A stretch of 64,000 bases of DNA from Gekko japonicus (Eukaryota), in NCBI RefSeq assembly GCF_001447785.1, contig NW_015162558.1, positions 124,001-188,000 on the forward strand, given 5' to 3'. Positions within the stretch are counted from its first letter, which is position 1. Each line of letters opens with the position of its first letter. A program made the translations under genes and the position numbers. The notes beneath the pieces were generated by a model. The model ran no database searches and was not told where the DNA came from. It worked only from the letters and a program-made list of their open reading frames with translations. This document shows positions 1 to 12,915 of the stretch, one piece after another.

Positions 1-440
1 AGAAAGAGGTACTTTTCTCCCTTTCTCACAATACAGGAACTCATGGGCACTCCATGAAACTGCTGAGCGGTCGGGTTAGAACGGATAAAAGGAAGTACTT
101 CTTCACCCAAAGAGTGATTAACACTTGGAATTCACTCCCACAGGAAGTGGTGGCGGCTACAAGCATGGACGGCTTCAAAAGGGAATTAGATAAGCATATG
201 GAGCAGAGGTCCATCAGTGGCTATTAGCCACAAGGTATAGATAGGGACTCTGGGGCAAGTGATGCTCTGTCTTCTTGGTGCTTGGGGGGGCAACAGTGGG
301 AGGGCTTCTAATGTCTTGGCCCCACTAGTGGACCTCCTGATGGCACCTGGTATTTCTGGCCACTGTGTGACACAGAGTGTTGGACTGGATGGGCCTTTGG
401 CCTGATCCAACATTGCCGTCTCTTATGTTTTTATGTTCTC
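1..440 (+). mobile_element. CR1 LINE 3' end
   Basis: ORF2 C-terminus ([23 protein letters not shown]), 3'UTR and TTATGTT-type tail; near-identical to 41480-41905. Confidence 0.85.
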
Positions 441-1375
441 CCCCCCTCCTGCCTGTTCACTGCCAAGAGACACAAACTTTTTTAAAATTCAAAGTGAAAA
501 ATATATTTCTTCCCAGCACCACTGAGCTTATCAGAAAGTGGACAGAGCCACTATAAGGCAGGGCTGATTATTTAGCTGCCCTCATTCAAATGAAACGGTT
601 TCCCATGACTGGAATAACAGACAGCCGCTGGAGGATCAGGAGGACGGGTAAGCACCTGGGTTTTCCTTTGCCAGTGTGTGGTTCCCACTTCAGGATTTCC
701 TCCTTCCCAGATGGTGTGAGGAGGGAGTTATTCTGTTTGGTTCCACTTCCTGCGGCAGCCATTCTGGAGTGGCACTCGCCAACCCCTCTCAAGATTCCCA
801 AGTTGCCCGCAAAAGTTGCTCTCACCACCACTAACATAGCGCAGCCTGAAATGGCTGCTCCCAGGGGACAGGAAATTCCCTGGGAACAGCATGAGGAACT
901 TATTGTCATCTCTAGTGGGAGACCAGAATCAGTAAAAATCCCTCCTCTTTAATTAGTATTAATCTACTGCTGGATAAGAGACCAGGAACAGGTCCAGCTC
1001 CTCCTTTGTTGCTAGATTTGAATCCAGTACCACCTCAGAGACCAATGAGATTTTGGGGGTATAAGCGTTCAAGAGACAAAGCTCCTTCCTTTGCTGTTTC
1101 CCAAGCCTCAGCTTCCACTTCTAGAGGAAGTACAAACTACAGCGGCAGGACACGGAGATTCTGTTCCTCAGTCCAGCGTGAGACCACAGCTGCCTCCACA
1201 TGGAGCTCTCGGCTCCTCGTTCCTCTCCAAACTGCAGTGGTTTTAAAAGGGGCTTCCGTACGTTGCTTTGCGGTCATCTACCTCCTTGGTTTTCTTTGGC
1301 TCCCTTCCTGTTTCCCACACCTGAAAGACTGCCCCTGAAGCAGGCAATGCTGTGTGTTAAGATCACTTCGCCGGG

Positions 1376-1567
1376 GAAGGGGGAAGGGCTCAGTGGCAGA
1401 GCATCTGCTTGGCAGGCAGAAGGTCCCAGCTCCAGTGCCCAGCTGAAAGGACCAGGCGGTCGGTGATGTGAAAGACCTGTATCCGGAGACCCTGAAGAGC
1501 TACTGCCAGTCTAAGGAGATAGTATTGACCATGGATGGGCCAACGGTCTGATTAGGCAGCTTCATGT
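1376..1567 (+). mobile_element. tRNA-derived SINE (Squam3-like); related pieces near 9360-9555(-), 14150-14230(-), 28870-28945(+), 56510-56590(+)
   Basis: GCTCAGTGGCAGAGCATCTGCTTGGC...GAAGGTCCCAG head and ...GGCAGCTTCATGT tail. Confidence 0.65.
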
Positions 1568-1750
1568 CTCCATTTTATATTTCGATTTCTTTTTTACAAG
1601 TACTGTCCTTTGATATTTTCCAAACCTTCATGTCTATACCGATAACATTTCTCTTGTTTCACAAGCCATGGACAGCACATATTGCAAGCTTTAAACCACT
1701 AGTGAACATGCGTACAGTAGGATCTCAAATACCGCTAGCCTAAGAGCGTA

Positions 1751-2097
1751 GGAGCTGCGGTGGCTCAAGTGGTTAAGACGCTGAACTGCAGGCTGTGGAA
1801 GGTCGGTAGTTCAGCAGTTCGAGACCCGGGTGCCGCATGATGCAGTGAGCTCCCATCTCTAGTTCCAGCTCCTGCCAACCTAGCAGTTCGAAAGCAAGAA
1901 ATTGCAAGGAGATAAATAGGTACCACTTCAGTGGGAAGGTAACAGCGTTCCGTGCGCCTTGGTGTTTAGTCACGCCGGCCACACGACCACGGAAACGTCT
2001 TCGGACAGCGCTGGCTCTTCGGCTTGGAAACAGAGATGAGCACCGCAACCCTAGAGTCGGATTCGACTGGCTTTCGAGCAAGGGAACCTTTACCTTT
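1751..2097 (+). mobile_element. Sauria SINE, full length
   Basis: tRNA-like head (TGGCTCAAGTGG, GTTCGAGACCC), conserved body, ACCTTT tail; imperfect TSD aagag(c/a)gta. Confidence 0.88.
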
Positions 2098-2716
2098 AAG
2101 AGAGTAGGTGGCTAACAGATCATTATCATGAGAGAAGACTGGGAAAGGGGGGGGGCCTCCAAAGAATTTGGCCAAAGATGGGCTTGCCTCAGGATCCCAT
2201 TCTGTGGCTGCTTCCTGCACCTGGGAGCAGCATTTGACAGTGAAAAGGAGGGGAACGGGACTCTTTGGAGGTACAGCCTAAGGGAATAATCTGTGTAATG
2301 GGGGCTGGAGGCAGCCCCCTCCCCCCGATAAGCTCTCTTCTCTGCATGCAAAAGCAGGTCTACAAATCTGAAGCACCGTAAATCTGAAGTCAGAATTCCT
2401 CTGCCCCACACTGCAGAAGATGGTCGAACAGTCAGTCACTTGCTTGTGCTGCCAATTCCGCGACTAGTTCTGCCACGAAGCTACTGGGTCTGCTGGAAGG
2501 GCAAACCTGTACTCCCACACACACACGCACGCTTCTCTCTTGCTCTCTCCTCCACGTGCCAAGGAAGATTATGCTGGAAGTAGGAGGGAGAAGAAGAGAA
2601 GCAGCTACTGAATGTCATACATCGCAGCCAGGGAACACAAGTAGCCACCGATATCCTATTTTCAGTACAGCTCACAGGCAGGGAAATGGCAGATGCGAAT
2701 GACCCATCGAGCACAA

Positions 2717-2739
2717 TTTAATGTTGGGGTTCTTTTATT
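2717..2739 (-). terminator. Probable CD2BP2 polyadenylation signals
   Basis: AATAAA (2739-2734) and ATTAAA (2722-2717) on the minus strand, about 180-200 nt after the stop. Confidence 0.55.
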
Positions 2740-2915
2740 TTTCACAAAACTGGAGACAGATGAGAAGTCAAACCTCGTCCCCCCTCCAGAAACATACCAT
2801 CACGCACACGCACACACCCCTTTCCCCACCCCCCAAAAGTTCAGCAAGTTCTTCCCGGCTGCTGCCGTGCTGAGTTACACCCCTCACGCTCCTTGGGGCG
2901 GGACTCGGATTCCAA

Positions 2916-3026
2916 TCACGTGTAGAGGTCAAAATCAACGCGTTTGGAATTGTAGAACTGACCACCAGCGTTCTCCACCTTCCGGCAGTAGACGCCATCG
3001 GGGAAATAGCCCTGGGACACCCAGTC
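2916..3026 (-). CDS. CD2BP2: CD2BP2 last coding exon (GYF motif)
   Basis: [36 protein letters not shown]; polypyrimidine-cag acceptor; TGA at 2918-2916. Confidence 0.95.
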   Translation of the reverse strand, partial: DWVSQGYFPDGVYCRKVENAGGQFYNSKRVDFDLYT

Positions 3027-6000
3027 CTGGAGGAATGTACAACAGAAGAATATTCAATGGAAATGGTGGCGGGGAGGGGAGAAATGATGAAAGAATTTGG
3101 GGGTGGGGTTTAAAAAGTGTTAAAGATGGGGATTAATTCAACCATTACTAGGACTCACACCTCTGGCTTGTAAACCAAGGTCCTTTCCGCATTAGACCTT
3201 ACATCCTGGGTCAACCTTGTCCCCGAACTTACATCTTACACTACACTTGAGCTCACCCCTGTAATTATCTCAGGGTATTTTTTGTTTCCACATTACATTG
3301 AGGTCGCCCCGGTTTCACCCGCCCACTTGTCCCGGGATAAACGGATGCTGTTATAACCAGGGATAAATGCAAGGTATTGTGTCGCGAGTTGAACTCTGAT
3401 AAAAACCAGGGATGAGATCCAACTGCAGAAAGGACCCAAGAATGACAGCCACAAATATACACACACACACACACAAGTGAAAAGCTAAAGCCAGTAAAAG
3501 ATACTAACATATATAAGAAGCTAACCAAACAATGAACATTAAAACTGAACAATAATTCGAAATCAGTAGCTTCCTGGGAAAATCACTCTAGAAAGAGACA
3601 CAGACTAAACTTGCAATAAAATCAAAAGTCACTATTGGCCACAATTCTTTATGGCATAGAGCAGTACCCAGTCATCCCTATGATGAAAGTCAGAGTGGAA
3701 AACCAGTTCAATCTTAGCCAACAAGGGCTTCATTTCTGTGTGACACTCTAGTCTTTTCCTCTCTATGTTTCAAACTTGAGATACAATTTGTCTTGTTAAA
3801 TCCTGCCCCACTGTCCACCTTTGCAACTGCAGTGGAAGCCGAGTAAGAGACTAGCTCTATGGGGGGTGTTGCATGTTTGATGCTGCTAAGAAGTGTTTTT
3901 CCCCGACTTCTCACAGCATTGCAGTGTGTTTGTGCACCTCCTGGAGTTTCACCATCTTTGCCCTGATCTTTCCTAAGCCTGCTTTGTTCCAAAATTTTGG
4001 GAAAGATCACAGAAAAGCCTAGATGGGTGCCAAAATCCATGTCCAAAAGTCTGGATTTTACTGGTCTTGCCCTTAACAGCAGCCATTTTGCCCAAACAGC
4101 CATTTCCTCTCCCTGTCACCAAGGCCTTTTACTTTCACAACGGAATAGCATTACACTGATATATATGTATATCAGGTTCCCTGAATTCTCAGCTTTCATT
4201 TTAAAGTCAGCCTCCAGCCCCTTTTGTTGAGGAGCTATAAGGGGGGGGGAGGCATACTCCACAAGGAAAGAAGCTAAAGACTTTTTAATGACAGTTGGTA
4301 ATTCAAAGAACCTGATTCGTATATTAATGTAATGGTTTATCGGTAGAACGCTGTTCACTCTCTGCCTTAAACTATGGGGGAAGCCTGCTGTGCTGAAACA
4401 GTATGGCCACTGTGCATTATTGCCACTGCAACAGGAGAAGTACACACGCCTGTCCTTTTGTGAAAAACATCTAAGATACACACAGTCCAAGTCATCTAGG
4501 GAAGCCAGTGAGGACAGTGGCAATACCCATCAAAAGCCTTCAGTGCCAAAAACCCCAGTTACTCCTGGGGCAATGGATCGTATTACTGTTAAAGAATCTT
4601 TGGCGCCAACTGGCAAGTGGCCACTGCGAGGAGGGCTGTGGCAGGCCATGAAGGCATGTGCCACCCCCATAAACTGTGCAATGACAGCATCACATGAGGC
4701 GAAATACCAGGGCCCAAATGTGACTATGGCGTAGCCTGCCAAACTATTTTCCGTCTGTCACAGGAATGTGAGCATCGTGCTTTCCAGGGTGTTGTGACGG
4801 AGTTCTTTGAACTGTCCCCAGCTGCGATTGAGTGGATCGAAAATTTTAGATATTAGTATTTAGAAGGACTGCCCAATTGGTCTGCACACCCATCGCATCC
4901 TTTTGGTTATACTATACGCTTCCTGTGTGTAACTCTGCCATACAATAAATAAAATACAGCATCACACCAACAACAACAACAAACAGATAAAAGGGATCAC
5001 AGGGGATGAGAGGCATGAATGCACATAAAGGTGGCAAATTAGACAGAACAAGCAAGAGCAGAATAAACAGCCGGCCAAAGGGTGGAGGAGCAAAAGGGGA
5101 AGAGGACTGACAGAATGGCAAAAGTGGAGGGGCGGGAGGGAGCGTAAGGACACACAGGAAGATCATTGAAGCAACTGGGACCATAAATATAACACGAGAG
5201 AGGGGAAGAGGCAAAGCGCAAGAGAACTCATAGCGGCTCATCTGCCCCTTTCAGCGCTTACCTGCATCTGGGAACTGCTAAAGGGGCCATAGAGTTCAGA
5301 TGTGTTTGTGTTCTCCCATTTATATTCCCACATCACCTCAGAGATAACGTCGTCACTGCCCGGCTGCTGCGCCTCACGTCCCGCTGCTGAAGAACATTAT
5401 CATGTCAGGTTGCCGACTGCACTGAAAACCCAACGACAAAGAGCTGGAACATTCCATCGGGAGAATCGCAGTTGCTGGGCCGAACTACTTCAGACAACAT
5501 GGGGGGGGAGGGGTTGGTGGACAGGTCCCGGTGTCTTCCTCCAGCCTCTTTACACAGAGAGACACAGCCTATTGGGGAGAATGCCACACCTGAATTCTTC
5601 TCCCCAACCTCCTCCTCTTCTAGGTGCTGCAAAAAACATTCCAGCTTGACTCCCCCGCCAGCAGTCTGAAGTGGTACGGGCTCAGCAAGGAGCTTCCCCA
5701 TGCGGTTCTCCCGATCACATGTTTCAGCTCTAAGGCTCCCCCATTCCTCCCCCTCCCCATAACCAGGCAAGCCATCAGCCTTCCCGCCCTGTCCTCTCAC
5801 CCACTGCTGTCTTCTCCCCCAGCTTTGTTTCATCGATATCCTCCGCAAACATGTCTAGTTCGGGTTCGGGAGCAGAAGGTGCCACCGGAGGATGATCCAG
5901 TGCCCGGAGCCTCAGAGCCAGCTTCTCCCGGGTCTCCTGGTAGATCTCGTAGACCCCTCGTGCCACCATCTGGTCAGCTAGCCCCGACAAGCGCTCCAGC

Positions 6001-8502
6001 TGCTCTTTCCGCTCGGGGGACCCCAGCTTCTGGGGATCGCCCTCCTCCACCGGTTCCGCCTCCTCTGCCTTCAGGCGGCTCCAGGGCCTCCGCTGGCGGC
6101 CGGTGCTCTTGGTCCCACCCTTGTCGCCAAGCCTCTGGATGGCTCTTGCCACCGTCTCGCCGGGCTGCACTAAATCCACCATCCCTTCAAGCAGCTGCCT
6201 CTTGTCCAAAGGGGTCTGGCCAACCTCGAGGCTGTCATCATCATCATCCTCTTCCTCGTCATCCTCCGCAGAATCTCGAGGTGCCTTCTTCCGACCAGGA
6301 GGCTGTTCCTTTATTTTGACCTGGTGGGAAAAAAAGAGCAACGAATTAAAGGTGTGTGTGTGGGGAAGGAAGCAAGATACTTTTCAAAACTTACAGAATG
6401 CGGATCTGGACCTACTGATGCAGCTATGCTCGTCTACGCAAACACCAGGTGCTCCTGTCCTGCAGCAAATGCAAATCCCTGCACTTACATGCTGCAATCT
6501 GGGAATCCACACAGCCTCATTTGCAACATCTTCTCTACGTGATGAGCACAGGAAATTTCAAGGGCCTTGGGGTAGCAGAGATCCTTCATTCCAACAGGCC
6601 TCCACACAGGCTAGACAGGAGGTCTTACCCAATCGATGTTGTCCAGCCAGTTGTCCCGAATCATGGCCTCCTTATTCAAGAAGTAGTTGCCCTCTGAGTC
6701 AAAATGGCCTTCTTCCATCTCCTCCTGCAAATTGAACGGGGTGATCCGGACGCCGTCTTCGTAGTCGATGGTGGCGGATTCCTGTCCTGCAAGGGCAGGT
6801 GAGAAGGGAAATTTTTTACCACTTTCCTATAACTCAACAGTTCCGCACGTTTAGCATTTTAATCAATGAGCTAGGAGGAATGTGTGACGATGAATCCTTT
6901 CGCACCACCAAGTGTCACACCCAGGCATCTCCTTACATAAAAAGTGTGCAGTGGACTACTTTTCAAGGATTTGGGGAAAGGGTTTGCCCACAGTTGTTTT
7001 CTAAGTATCACAACAGCCCTTAAATTGCTCTCTTCCCCCCTCAAGCAACCATACCCACACTGCTGGCATCCCAAACACAAGCCCCACTCTTCACAACTGG
7101 TCTAGGGACTGTAACAATAAACCGAAACGGAACCCCCACTCTTACTTTAACAGCCATAAGGGTCAGAAACATGATGATTTAAGTGAGAATTAAAAAAAAA
7201 AAGGCAAGGATCTCAGAATGTTGAATTCTGACACCAAAACTTGCAATTCTAGCCCTCAGTCCCAAACCTGCACTTACCCTCCACGTCGTCTGATGCAAGA
7301 ATATCATATTTACTGCCTCGCCCTTCATCGTCATCCTCATCATCATCATCTTCCTCATCGCTGTCCAATGAGTGCTTGCCCTTAAAGCGGCTGCCCGGCC
7401 CTCCAACTGCAGGTTCCACTAGCTACATAGGAGACAAAGGTGCAGAAACATCAGTAGTTTCTGGCTTCTTTAGCCGTTACTCTGCTGGTAAGCTGCCCTA
7501 AGTCAAAAATGTATATGTTGCATCTCCAGAGGTAGCTTACAAAGTAAAACACAACAAGACAGCATCAAAATTGTTTTTTTAAAATAACAAGCCATTAAAA
7601 CCCTGCCAGAGTATACAGACAGCATAAAACACTTCGCAGCTCAAGACAATTCTCATAAAACAGTCCTCAGGATAAAACTGTAAAACCAATTTTTAAAACA
7701 TCAAACCCCTTCAATAAAAGCCTTGGTGAAATGTTTTGGCCTGGCACCCAAAAGAGAGCAGGGTAGGTGGTGAGCAAACCTCAAAGGGAAGAGTGCATTT
7801 CACAGGCAAGGTGCCACCACTGAAAAAGCCCTGTCTGTGGTCACCACAAACCTCCCCTTTTGCAAGGAGCATCTTAAGTAGCAGACTAGAAAGTACCGAA
7901 GAACAAAGTCCTTCAAGTATAGACTCAAATAAATAGTCTTCCAGGTTTTGTATAACAAAAATGGTATGACTTGTTCCATGCCAACTTTGTCTCCTGGGGA
8001 CCAAGGTCAGGGAGAGGGAGGAACGAAAGAGGTGTTAAGAACATAAGGGATGCCAATGTTGGATCAGGCCAAAGGCCCATCCAGTCCAACACTCTGTATC
8101 ACACAGTGGCCAGAAATACCAGTGCCATCAGGAGGTCCACCAGTGGGGCCAGGACATTAAAAGCCCTCCCACTGTTGACCCCCCCAAGCACCAAGATGAC
8201 AGAGCATCACTTGCCCCAGAGTCCCTATCTATACCTTGTGGCTAATAGCCACTGATGGACCTCTGCTCCATATGCTTATCTAATTCCCTTTTGAAGCCGT
8301 CCATGCTTGTAGCCGCCACCACTTCCTGTGGCAGTGAATTCCAAGTGTTAATCACTAACACTTGGAGTTAGTTTCCCAAGTGTTTCCCTCTTTCACGCGC
8401 ACACAGTTTCTGAAACTCATCTCTCACCTTCTTCTTTGACAAACTCATTTCCTCTTCATCTTCATTGCCTTGATCCTCAAAGGTCACCTTACGTTTGGAC
8501 AT
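2916..8502 (-). CDS. CD2BP2: CD2 antigen cytoplasmic tail-binding protein 2 (U5-52K, GYF domain), spliced CDS, 377 aa
   Basis: Coding exons 8428-8502, 7278-7422, 6629-6786, 5801-6320, 5262-5386, 2916-3026, all GT-AG with consistent phases (1134 nt). Translation: MSKRKVTF...[12 protein letters not shown]...[16 protein letters not shown]...[12 protein letters not shown]...MWEYKWEN...YGPF...[15 protein letters not shown]...KRVDFDLYT*. Confidence 0.97.
5262..5386 (-). CDS. CD2BP2: CD2BP2 coding exon 5 (start of GYF domain)
   Basis: [26 protein letters not shown]; tandem CAGCAG acceptor; donor CAG|GTAAGC. Confidence 0.93.
5801..6320 (-). CDS. CD2BP2: CD2BP2 coding exon 4
   Basis: Within ORF 5775-6341: VKIKEQPP...[22 protein letters not shown]...[24 protein letters not shown]...LDMFAED; cag| and G|GTGAGA. 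Confidence 0.95.
6629..6786 (-). CDS. CD2BP2: CD2BP2 coding exon 3
   Basis: [52 protein letters not shown]; cag| and |GTAAGA. Confidence 0.95.
7278..7422 (-). CDS. CD2BP2: CD2BP2 coding exon 2
   Basis: [24 protein letters not shown]...[11 protein letters not shown]; tag| acceptor and |GTAAGT donor. Confidence 0.93.
7480..7900 (-). mobile_element. Degenerate L2-like LINE 3' fragment; relative at 34330-34478
   Basis: Shared GGTGCCACCACTGAAAA(A/G)GCCCT core (minus strand RAFSVVAP-like). Confidence 0.55.
8037..8355 (-). mobile_element. CR1 LINE 3' end
   Basis: Reverse complement of the same CR1 3' region. Confidence 0.85.
8428..8502 (-). CDS. CD2BP2: CD2BP2 first coding exon ([25 protein letters not shown])
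   Basis: Acceptor cccag before 8509, ATG at 8502, donor AAG|GTGAGA. KVTF is an RVxF-type PP1-docking motif. Confidence 0.93.
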
Positions 8503-9899
8503 TCTAGCCCTGGGAGAATCAACACAGATTAACAGGTGGATAGGAGGACAGCCTATAGACTCATCTCCAGAATGCACAACACTCAGGAGCCAGCTATCAA
8601 GATGGCTTTTGACCGTCTGCAGACTTCAGCTGAAGTCTGGCTCTGCAACTGATAACGCCCTTATCTCTGCTCTGCACATGTTAAGAGAAAGTTTGTAAAC
8701 ACACTGCTGCTCACTCCATCTTTACAGATCACAGTGGCAAACAGGAGAGGTGTATCGGCGTCACTTAACTGTCTTGTATACCAGAAGTTCCAACACAACT
8801 GAACTGGTTACTGATCACTTTTAAAAAATGATTTCTGTTCCCCCCTTCTACCCAAGATGGAACCCAATCAAATTTAAATCACTGTAATGACTGTGCACCA
8901 GCTATGGCAAATGGTTGCCGTGTTCTAGATGTTTCTGCACTGAAGCTGGCTCATTCAGTGCCTACGAAGGTCTGTTCCTTCTTTACAGTGGCTCCCACCT
9001 TGTGGAAGGGGCCCCTGAAGAGGTGAATTGGGAAGTGTCTATGGCAGGTGCTTTGAGGTCATCTTACTTAACTGGGTTGAAGCTGCAGGCTTTTGGGAGG
9101 GTTGTAGATGGGGCTTGACAGTATTTTGTATGTTTCAATCTTTGAAATTGTAGATTATTTTACTAAAGGAACAAATAACGAAAGGCTACCCAAACAGAAT
9201 GACAAAACATAAGACTGATCCTGCTGCTGCACCTTTTGACAGCTGCTTGGCAGGCAGAAATTAATCAGCTACAGAAGAACCATCAGTGTTACTTATCTCC
9301 TGCTGAAAACCTGCCAACAGGGAGAATGAAAGGAAGTTAAGAACTGGACTGCCGAGACATACACATGAAACTGCCTTATACAGACCATAGGTCCAGCAAG
9401 GTCAGTCTTGTCTACTCAGGGTCTTTCACGTCACCTACTGCCTGATCCTATTATTATTAATGATAGTTATTGTTATTATTACTTGGGAGATGCGAGGGAT
9501 TGAACCTGGGGACCTTCTGCATGCAAAGGAGGGGGTCCTTCACTGAGCCACAGCTCTTCCTCTAAAACAAAGTAGCTACAGGAGAGAACCAGCAGCCCCC
9601 TACTATCACGCCTCCCCTTATCAAAACCCAGGCAAGCTTTCCAGCTTTCCTTCACCCGCATAAGGACTCAACAGTCTTGTACATCGAGCCGTCTCGTTTA
9701 CATATGCAAATCAACTCTAACGCACACCCACCAATCGCTATCAAACCCGTCCCTCTTCCTAGAAAGCTCCCCAAGGCTCCAGCCTTTCTCACAGAGGAGT
9801 CCAAGATGGGAACGAGCCTGAGGGCACAGCTCAGCAGTTCCAAGGAACATTAAGAGTCCCCATTTTCTCCCCTCCAAGTGGGCTCTCCGTGATCCCCAC

Positions 9900-10250
9900 A
9901 GGCCATGCACAGCACGCAATCCCAATATGCAGTTACCCCCACACGCGCAGACACACGCGGGCGGTCAAAACGATGCCCACCACCCCACCGAAATCCTTAC
10001 GCCGACACTCTTGCAGCTACCCGAGCTCCCGAAGCACCACCGTGAAGGCATCAACATCCGGGGTCTACGGAAGACCAAACCGGATACGACGGAAAGAGAG
10101 CAGAGACATTCCCCCTCCGTAGAGGAAATGACATAAACTTCTGGCAGCCGCTGGCTTCGTTGACGCTGATTAGCACCGCTGGAAGGAGTGCGGGCAAATT
10201 TTAAAGGCGCAGCGTGCCTTTCGCTTGCTCCTCTCTCCAGGGGTTACGAA
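9900..10250 (-). promoter_or_regulatory. CpG-rich CD2BP2 promoter and probable non-coding exon 1
   Basis: Local CpG enrichment; candidate donor GGC|GTAAGG at 10001/10000 on the minus strand, upstream of the ATG exon. Confidence 0.55.
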
Positions 10251-11399
10251 CCTTCACAGCTAAAAAAGAGAATAAACTAATAATAACAATTGGATCGTAC
10301 AATTGTGTAGGAGTTCTGTGGTCTTTTTTTATATACTAATGCCCCCTATCCTTTAGAAACTTCGATCCCACTCCTGTAGGCTCCAGCCCGCTGCTACAGA
10401 TAAGGACACGCAGAAGGGTAGCCCCGTTACTCTGTTGCAGTAAAAGCTGCTAGGACTCCCCACATTTTACCGTAGCAGCCTTTTTTTGTGGACTGAATCC
10501 CACGAAAGTCTGTCACAATGAAGTAGAGATCTAAACCTTGCTACTAAGAAGTAAATCCCATGTTAAATCCCTGGCTTACTCCCAGGAAAGTGTCTTTGGG
10601 ACTGTAGCCTAAATCCACTAGCCTTTAAAGGGAGCCAAAAACAAGATTCTTGTTCGTAATCCTACACTGGCGTTAGAAAAAGTGTACTCTTCCAATGTTT
10701 CCAATTATTTTCTTGCTGTAATCTATATCTCCCTGTTATGGCTATGTTTTATTGAGCTTTGTGCACTGTAAAAAAGTATAAAAATAAAATTTTTAAAAAG
10801 GGGGGAAAAAGAAAAATTCTTTGAGCGCCTCATAAAACCAGCATAGAGAACTACCACCAAAACATCATAGCCTCTACCAAGAGCTCCCTCTCTTAAAAAT
10901 CGGCCTAGCCTAAGGCAACGATAGAAATACAGTCACCACAACACGTTCACGGAGGATCAATCAGGGTGTTTTGCCGGGAGGCAACGAAGTCCATTCCATT
11001 CCTGCCAATCCGGATCCTCTCTCTTCCTGGGACTTTGCAGGGGCCTGAAACTTCTCAGCCTTCGACTTGATCCATAAATGTAGTGGCAGCCTGGAATTCA
11101 ACAGGTGGCGATGCATCTGCCTGTCAGGAAGCTATCTGGTTCTCCGGGAGCTCTGATTCTGGATGTGCTATGGAAGGGCCTGTAACTGTCCATTGATGCA
11201 TCAATATATGACCTATCAATACGGAGGGGAAGCGAACTCATAAAAATGGACACTTTATAGGAATCACTGTTAACTTGGACATATTTTAAATAAACTTGAT
11301 CCAGAGCCACCACCGCCCGCCACCCCGGGGGAAAACAACCCCTTCCTTTTCTGCAGTAGCTTCTTCCTCTGATGAACACAGTCTCTCTTAAAAAAACCA

Positions 11400-11785
11400 A
11401 TCCCTTTCGGACTAGAAATAACTTTTCAGCTTGTGGTTAACATCCCCGGCACACTGCGGCTTCCCTTAGTTCCCCTTTGCAGCTGGCTGGCCTCTCTGCT
11501 CTTGGAGAGGCGAGGGGAGCCGGGGCCTGCCCAGTCAAGTGGATGCGAGTCTCTTCGCCCACTCCACCGAAACTCTTCCTGGGAGGTGGGATCGAGTGAC
11601 TTTCCAGGCACTGGGATGGAGCCCGCCAGGTGAGACCGACAGCCACGCCCACCCCGCACCTGGGAAACCACTGCCCCCCGCCCTTTGGGGGGGGGGGGGA
11701 GGCAGAGAGGGAGGAGAAACTTGCCCGGCCCAAGAAACTCTCATCTCAAAGGGGCAGCTCGATGATTTGGCGCCAAGGTGAGGAA
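11400..11785 (+). promoter_or_regulatory. GC-rich probable promoter and 5'UTR exon of the PHETA-like gene
   Basis: GC-rich segment with two strong donors, CAG|GTGAGA (GT at 11630) and AAG|GTGAGG (GT at 11778), upstream of the 12904 acceptor. Confidence 0.5.
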
Positions 11786-12555
11786 ATCTAGGTCGGGTGG
11801 GAGTCTGTCCCCCCTGCTCCCAGTTGCCTTCTTAGTGTGGCCTTGGAAAGGTCCTCCAGGAGGAAGCTCTTGGGCCTGCAAACGCAGCCAGGCCTTCGTT
11901 CCTGTAGAGGCAGCCGCGCCCCTCTCCAAGGCAGAGCTGTGCTGCTCTCTCCACCGCTCCTTTTCCATTCCCTCCTTCTTTTGCTGCCTTCCATTAGTCG
12001 TTTCTCCATTTTCTCTGGCTTTTCATTTCCCTTTTCTCTGGCTTTTCATTTTCCGCCGCCCAGTTCTTAAAATTTAGTTCTCGCCTTATTCCTTTCTTTT
12101 GTTCTGGCCTTCCCTCGGGCTTCGTTTAGTCATCCTCTCCTCCCCGGATTCCTCTGCGCCCTGGCGTGTCCACCACTCCCTTTTCGATGCTGGTTCACAC
12201 TTTCCCCGTCTTACTCCACCTTTGCTTCATGCTTTCCCCTCAGTTCCATCTCTGACTGGACAGCAAAAAAGCCAATCCGAAATGGAGGCGTTAAACTGTG
12301 ACTTGTATGGGTTTTTAAATTGTCGGTTTTGTTGTGGTTTTATACAGTTTTATTTATATTGTAAGCCACCCTGAGTTCCACAAGGGAGAAAGGCAGCTAA
12401 TAAGTGTTTTACATAAATACATATTGATTTCTCTTCTCTGGAACCTGGCTCCTTTGAATTTTTTTCATCCCCTTCAGAATCTCCTTTCCCTTAATTCCTA
12501 CACTGGTTTTATTCCTTATTCTCTGCTTTTGCTTTCCATCTCACTATCCCTGCAT

Positions 12556-12761
12556 CAATGTTCCCTCTAAGCTGTGGAGTCTTGTGAGCAAAAATTCTAC
12601 TTTGTGAGATACTGGCATTAAAGTTGTGAGCGAGTAATTTGGCTACTGTATAAATTAGTTTGTTCTGGAGCCATCCCTCCTGAGCTAAGACAAAAATCTG
12701 TGAGCCAGAGGCTAAAAACCTGTGAGCTAGCTCACACTAACTCAGCTTAGAGGGAACACTG
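12556..12761. mobile_element. ~206-bp non-autonomous hAT MITE (family A)
   Basis: TIR CA(A/G)TGTTCCCTCTAAGCTG; 8-bp TSD ccctgcat. Confidence 0.88.
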
Positions 12762-12915
12762 CCCTGCATTCTTTTATTCCTTTCTACCTTTCCCCCAGCC
12801 CCATGCTCATATTCATAACCCTTACAACTTTCTATTGTTTCCTTAGATTCTGATGCTCCCCCCCCCCCATCCTCATCTTCCATTATCATCTCTACACTTT
12901 CAGGGTCTGACCACC

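Noticed and set aside
1751-1830. tRNA-like A/B boxes
   Set aside because: SINE head; no intact cloverleaf.
1773-2081. Recurrent [19 protein letters not shown]... (also near 14389, 33629, 36446, 48926)
   Set aside because: Antisense translation of Sauria SINE copies, not a gene family.
5624-6735. 231-aa and 210-aa plus-strand ORFs
   Set aside because: Antisense to CD2BP2 exons; no recognisable domain.
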